Positions 59,893-64,000 of a DNA stretch of 64,000 nt are shown here, in pieces. Position numbers and translations under genes: made by a program. The stretch's first letter is position 1. Each line of letters starts with the position of its first letter. The notes beneath the pieces were generated by a model. The model did no database searches. It worked only from the letters and a program-made list of their open reading frames with translations, and was not told where the DNA came from. The DNA comes from Acidobacteriota bacterium (GTDB lineage: Bacteria; Acidobacteriota; Thermoanaerobaculia; Gp7-AA8): NCBI GenBank assembly GCA_019244185.1, contig JAFATB010000006.1, positions 320,001 through 384,000 of the forward strand. Direction: 5' to 3'.

Positions 59893-60616
59893 GCGCCTCG
59901 CGCTGCTTCTCGACGAGCTGCGCGATGCCGCGTTTCGCCAGACCGACCATGGCCGCCAGCTCGTCGTCGCTGAACGTCGCGCCTTCGGCGGTGCCCTGCA
60001 GCTCGACGAAGCGGCCTTTGTCCGTGGCCACGATGTTCATGTCGACGCCGGCCTTCGAGTCCTCCGCGTAATTGAGATCGAGCATCGCCGTGCCGCCGAT
60101 CATGCCGACCGACACCGCCGCGATGAAATCGACGACCGGCCAGCTCGCCATCGCGCCGTCGACGTAGAGGCGCCCGAGGGCGGTCACGAGCGCGACGTAC
60201 GCACCGGTGATCGACGCCGTACGCGTGCCGCCGTCGGCCTGGATGACGTCGCAGTCGATCCAGATCGTGCGCTCGCCCATCAGCTCCGCGTTCACCGCCG
60301 CGCGCAGCGAGCGGCCGATGAGACGCTGGATCTCCATCGTGCGCCCGCCCTGCTTCCCCTTCGCGGCCTCGCGCTCGACGCGGTCCGTCGTCGCGCGCGG
60401 CAGCATTCCGTACTCCGCGGTGATCCAGCCTTTGCCGCTGCGGTAGAGAAACGGCGGGACTTTCTCCTGCACGGACGCGGTGCAGATGACCTTCGTGTCG
60501 CCGACCTCGATGAGCACCGAGCCTTCCGCGTGTTTGGTGAAGTTCGTGCGGATCGTGACGGGGCGAAGCTCGTCCGCGGCGCGGCCGTCGTTGCGCGTCT
60601 TGCCGACTTGAGTCAT
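59828..60616 (-). CDS. rph: Ribonuclease PH
   Basis: [63 protein letters not shown]. Confidence 0.97.
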   Translation of the reverse strand: MTQVGKTRNDGRAADELRPVTIRTNFTKHAEGSVLIEVGDTKVICTASVQEKVPPFLYRSGKGWITAEYGMLPRATTDRVEREAAKGKQGGRTMEIQRLIGRSLRAAVNAELMGERTIWIDCDVIQADGGTRTASITGAYVALVTALGRLYVDGAMASWPVVDFIAAVSVGMIGGTAMLDLNYAEDSKAGVDMNIVATDKGRFVELQGTAEGATFSDDELAAMVGLAKRGIAQLVEKQREALTPLLARVDTIARERLNKRFR

Positions 60617-61875
60617 GCGAGCACTTTCTCTTCGATGACCGCGCCCTTCGGCACGACCACGATGCCGGATTCGGTGACCGTGAAACGCTGACGATCGAGC
60701 TCGAGGTCGTAGCCGATGGTCGTGCCGGGCGGGATCTTCACGCCTTTGTCGATGATGGCGCGACGGATCTTCGAGTGGCGCCCGACCTCGACGCTTTCCA
60801 TGAGGATCGACTCGTCGACGTCGGCGTAGGAGTTGATGCGCACGCGCGGATGCAGCACGCAGCGGTTGATCGTGCCGCCGGAGATGATCGTGCCGTCGGA
60901 GACGAGCGAGTCGGTCGCGATGCCGATGCGCTGCGACTTCGAGTCGGCGAAGACGAACTTTGCCGGCGGCTGATGCATCGGCGCGGAGACGATCGGCCAC
61001 ATCGGGTTGTAGAGGTTGAACATCGGCGTCACGGCCACGAGGTCGAGCGCCGCCGCGAAATACGAGTCGATCGTGCCGACGTCGCGCCAGTAGCCGCGGT
61101 TGTGCGGGTCTTCGCCGGGGATGAAGTTCTCGCCGAAGTCGTACGCGTGCACTTTCATGCGCGGATACATCTCCGGGATGATCTCCTTGCCGAAGTCGAC
61201 GCCGGCGTTGCGCAGCGCATTGCGCTGCAGCACGTCGATCATCACGCTCGCCTTGAAGATGTAGTTGCCCATCGACGCGAGGATCATGTCCGGGCGTCCG
61301 GGAATGGTCCGCGCGCCGCTCTTCGGCTTCTCGACGAAACCGGTCACGCGAAAGTCGGAGTCGACTTCGACGACGCCGAAGTGCTCGGCCTCGTCCACCG
61401 GCACCGGGATCGTGGCGATCGTCAGATCGGCGTCGCTGGCGATGTGCTCCTGCAGCATCTGGTTCACATCCATCTTGTAGATGTGATCGCCGCCGAAGAC
61501 GCAGACGTACTCGGGCTCCTCGTCGAAGATCAGCTCGAGGTTCTGGAACACGGCGTCGGCGGTGCCGCGGAACCAGAACGGACCCTTGCGCATCTGCGCG
61601 GGCACGACGTCAACGTATTGACCAATTTCTGGCACCAGCCGCCACGTGCGCGTGATGTGCTCGATGAGCGAGGTCGATTTGAACTGCGTCAGCACCTTCA
61701 GCTTGAAGAAGCCGGAGTTGATGAAGTTGTTGATGACGAAGTCGATGATCCGGTATCGGCCGCCGAACGGCACGGCCGGTTTGGCGCGGTCTCGGGTGAG
61801 CGGATAAAGCCGCTCTCCCATCCCGCCGGCGAGGATCATCGTGAGGACGTTGCGGCGCGCGAGCGATGCGTGCAT
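60613..61875 (-). CDS. glgC: Glucose-1-phosphate adenylyltransferase
   Basis: [60 protein letters not shown]. Confidence 0.97.
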   Translation of the reverse strand: MHASLARRNVLTMILAGGMGERLYPLTRDRAKPAVPFGGRYRIIDFVINNFINSGFFKLKVLTQFKSTSLIEHITRTWRLVPEIGQYVDVVPAQMRKGPFWFRGTADAVFQNLELIFDEEPEYVCVFGGDHIYKMDVNQMLQEHIASDADLTIATIPVPVDEAEHFGVVEVDSDFRVTGFVEKPKSGARTIPGRPDMILASMGNYIFKASVMIDVLQRNALRNAGVDFGKEIIPEMYPRMKVHAYDFGENFIPGEDPHNRGYWRDVGTIDSYFAAALDLVAVTPMFNLYNPMWPIVSAPMHQPPAKFVFADSKSQRIGIATDSLVSDGTIISGGTINRCVLHPRVRINSYADVDESILMESVEVGRHSKIRRAIIDKGVKIPPGTTIGYDLELDRQRFTVTESGIVVVPKGAVIEEKVLA

Positions 61876-61962
61876 GAGCTTCTGACCGGCAGCGATTCTT
61901 CCCAGACGGCTGCGGAAAAGCAAATCCCGTGACCGGCCGGCGCACTCTATACTTTCCGCCGC

Positions 61963-62904
61963 ATGGCGGAACGCGACTATTACGAAATCCTCGGCGTGAA
62001 AAAAGGTGCCTCCGAGGAGGAGATCAAGAAGGCGTATCGCAGCCTCGCCAAGAAGTTCCATCCCGACAAGAACAAGGGCAACAAGGACGCTGAGAACAAG
62101 TTCAAGGAGATCTCGGAAGCGTACGCGGTGCTCTCCGACAAGGAGAAACGCGAGCAATACGATCGGTTGGGGCGCGAGGCCTTCGGCCCCGGCGGTGCGA
62201 ATCCGTTCGCCGGCTTCGACTTCTCGCAGTTCATGGGCGGCGGCGGTGGCGGCGGACGCACGCGCCGCGGCGGCGGCGGTGCTGGCGGCGGACGAACCTC
62301 ATCGACGATCGACTTCACCGACATCTTCGGTGATCTCTTCGGCGGCGGCGGTGGCGGCGGCTTTCAGCAGGCGCCGTCGCGCGGCGAAGACGTCGCGGCC
62401 GAAACGACGATCGACTTCAAGGACGCGGTCGAAGGAACGACGCTCGACGTGCGCGTCGGCCACGAGCGCGTGAAAGTGAAAGTGCCGGAAGGCGTCGCCG
62501 ACGGACAGACGCTGCGCATCCGCGGCCGCGGCGGAAACGGCGCGAACGGCGGCCCCGCCGGCGATCTGCATCTGAAGATTCACGTTCGCCCGCATCCGTT
62601 TTTCGAGCGCCGCGGCGACGACATCTACATCGATCTGCCGATCACGGTCGGTGAGGCGATTCGCGGCGCGGAAGTGGACGTGCCGACGCTGCAGGGAAAC
62701 ATCCGCATGCGCATCCCCGCGGGTACGCAGACCGGCCGCACGCTCCGTCTCAGTGGCAAAGGCGTGAAGAAGAAGAGCGGCGCGGGCGATCAGTACATCC
62801 GCGTGATGGTGCACGTTCCGGCCTCCGCGCCGGCTGAGGCCGTCGATGCGATCGAGAACGCGTACGCTGAACATCCGCGCGCACAGTGGAAGACGACGCT
62901 GTAA
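61963..62904 (+). CDS. Class-B J-domain protein (CbpA-like DnaJ without zinc finger)
   Basis: J domain with HPD, G/F-rich linker, C-terminal substrate domains, no CxxCxGxG repeats. Confidence 0.92.
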   Translation: MAERDYYEILGVKKGASEEEIKKAYRSLAKKFHPDKNKGNKDAENKFKEISEAYAVLSDKEKREQYDRLGREAFGPGGANPFAGFDFSQFMGGGGGGGRTRRGGGGAGGGRTSSTIDFTDIFGDLFGGGGGGGFQQAPSRGEDVAAETTIDFKDAVEGTTLDVRVGHERVKVKVPEGVADGQTLRIRGRGGNGANGGPAGDLHLKIHVRPHPFFERRGDDIYIDLPITVGEAIRGAEVDVPTLQGNIRMRIPAGTQTGRTLRLSGKGVKKKSGAGDQYIRVMVHVPASAPAEAVDAIENAYAEHPRAQWKTTL

Positions 62905-62919
62905 AGTTCCACTTCTTCG

Positions 62920-63351
62920 ATGCTGATCCAACTCCTGCGCGCGGATGTCACGTCTCTTAAAGTCGATGCGATCGTCGCTCCCGCCGATCCGCAGTCGGGC
63001 TCCGCGCGCGACGGCCGCGCGGTCGTGACGACGGGCGGGAACCTGCTCGCGCGCTTCGTGATCCACGTCGCGCTGCCGGATGCAAACGATGCCGACGCCG
63101 ACGCGAAACTGCGCCACGCCACGCTCGACGCGCTCGAACGCGCCGAGGAGCTCGCGGTGGCGTCGGTCGGCCTCCCTGCGATCGCGACGGGACCGTTCGG
63201 CTTCACCACCGACCGCTGCGCGCACGCGATGCTCGCCGCCGCGATCGAACACCGCCCGCGCGCGCGCTCGCTCCAACGCGCGGTGTTCTGCCTCTTCGGC
63301 GCCGACGAGTACCGCGCATTCGAGACGATCCTGCAGGAGCTCGACGCATGA
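62920..63351 (+). CDS. Macro-domain protein (shortened)
   Basis: ADVTSLKVDAIV, AVVTTGGNL.ARFVIHV, SVGLPAIATGPFGF. Confidence 0.8.
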   Translation: MLIQLLRADVTSLKVDAIVAPADPQSGSARDGRAVVTTGGNLLARFVIHVALPDANDADADAKLRHATLDALERAEELAVASVGLPAIATGPFGFTTDRCAHAMLAAAIEHRPRARSLQRAVFCLFGADEYRAFETILQELDA

Positions 63352-64000
63352 CGTCCGCTGCCACCTTCGCCGACCAGATCTTCGTCATCGGCGACTCGCA
63401 CATCGGCCTCGCCGACGGCAACGAGTCGCGCGTGAACGCGTGGCTCGATCGCCTGCGCGCTTTGCATCCGCGCGCGCTCTACCTCAACGGCGATCTCTTT
63501 CACTACCTCATCGCCCATCCGAACTTCCGCACCTCATCGGTCGAAAAGGTTCTCGCGAAGTTCCGCGAGCTGCGCGACAGCGGCATCGCCATTCATTACG
63601 TCGAAGGCAACCGCGATTTCTTTCTCAAAGGCTCGTTCGTCGAGGACGCGGTCACCGACATCGCGCTCGAATACGCGATTCCCGCGGGCGATCACCGGTA
63701 CCTCATCGTGCACGGCGACGGCATCAACGATCGCGACTGGAAGTACCGCTTCTGGCGCCGCGCATCAAAAAATCCGCTCACGAAGCTCGGCGTGAAGCTG
63801 ATCCCGAAACGCACCGCACGCAAGTTCGTCGACGACGTGGAACGCCGCCTGTCGACATCGAACTTCAAACACAAATCGCGAATCCCCGCCGAGGTGATGC
63901 GCGACTACGCGTCCCGCCGCGCCCGCGAGGGCTACACGGACGTGGTGTTCGGCCACTTCCACCAGAAACTCGAACTCGACGGCGCCGCCAAGGTGACGGT
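63348..64000 (+). CDS. lpxH: UDP-2,3-diacylglucosamine diphosphatase (LpxH-like metallophosphoesterase), truncated by the window end
   Basis: Manual translation: IGDSHIG, LNGDLF, EGNRDF, VHGDG, FGHFH. Confidence 0.78.
   Translation, partial: MTSAATFADQIFVIGDSHIGLADGNESRVNAWLDRLRALHPRALYLNGDLFHYLIAHPNFRTSSVEKVLAKFRELRDSGIAIHYVEGNRDFFLKGSFVEDAVTDIALEYAIPAGDHRYLIVHGDGINDRDWKYRFWRRASKNPLTKLGVKLIPKRTARKFVDDVERRLSTSNFKHKSRIPAEVMRDYASRRAREGYTDVVFGHFHQKLELDGAAKVT

Noticed and set aside
62236-62362. (GGC)n microsatellites in the DnaJ gene
   Set aside because: They encode the normal Gly/Phe-rich linker of J-proteins.

Overview
High-GC bacterial chromosomal segment with no prophage, IS transposase or CRISPR array. 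Gene content (LpxH-like enzyme, CarD, many secreted beta-propeller proteins and peptidases, YfhO paralogues) suggests a diderm soil/sediment organism, probably Acidobacteriota; this is inference only. The housekeeping backbone includes tig-clpP, tRNA-Leu(TAG), tRNA-Lys(CTT), secA, proC, mutY, xerD, lipA, carD, deoB, pdp, queC/queE, rph, glgC and a class-B DnaJ. Accessory modules: (i) a gas-vesicle operon gvpF-G-[ArsA/Get3-like tandem ATPase]-L-S-L'-K-J-A without gvpN/gvpO/gvpC, where a Get3-type ATPase is translationally coupled inside the operon; this is the best candidate for an undescribed system; (ii) a compact aryl-polyene-like type II PKS locus (ACP, dehydratase, KS, CLF, GT2, AMP-ligase) with a flavin-dependent halogenase; (iii) a BlaI/BlaR1-like module with a double operator and a relay of ATGA-coupled mini-ORFs; (iv) a HEPN-MNT toxin-antitoxin pair and an orphan BrnA-like antitoxin with a decayed toxin remnant; (v) three tandem YfhO/GT-C paralogues. 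Non-coding structure: five dispersed palindromic elements built from GAA-YNN-A heptamers around unique GC-rich cores, and a recurring TANNNT hexamer 7-9 nt before start codons that suggests leaderless transcription. All calls come from manual motif reading; no database searches were run.
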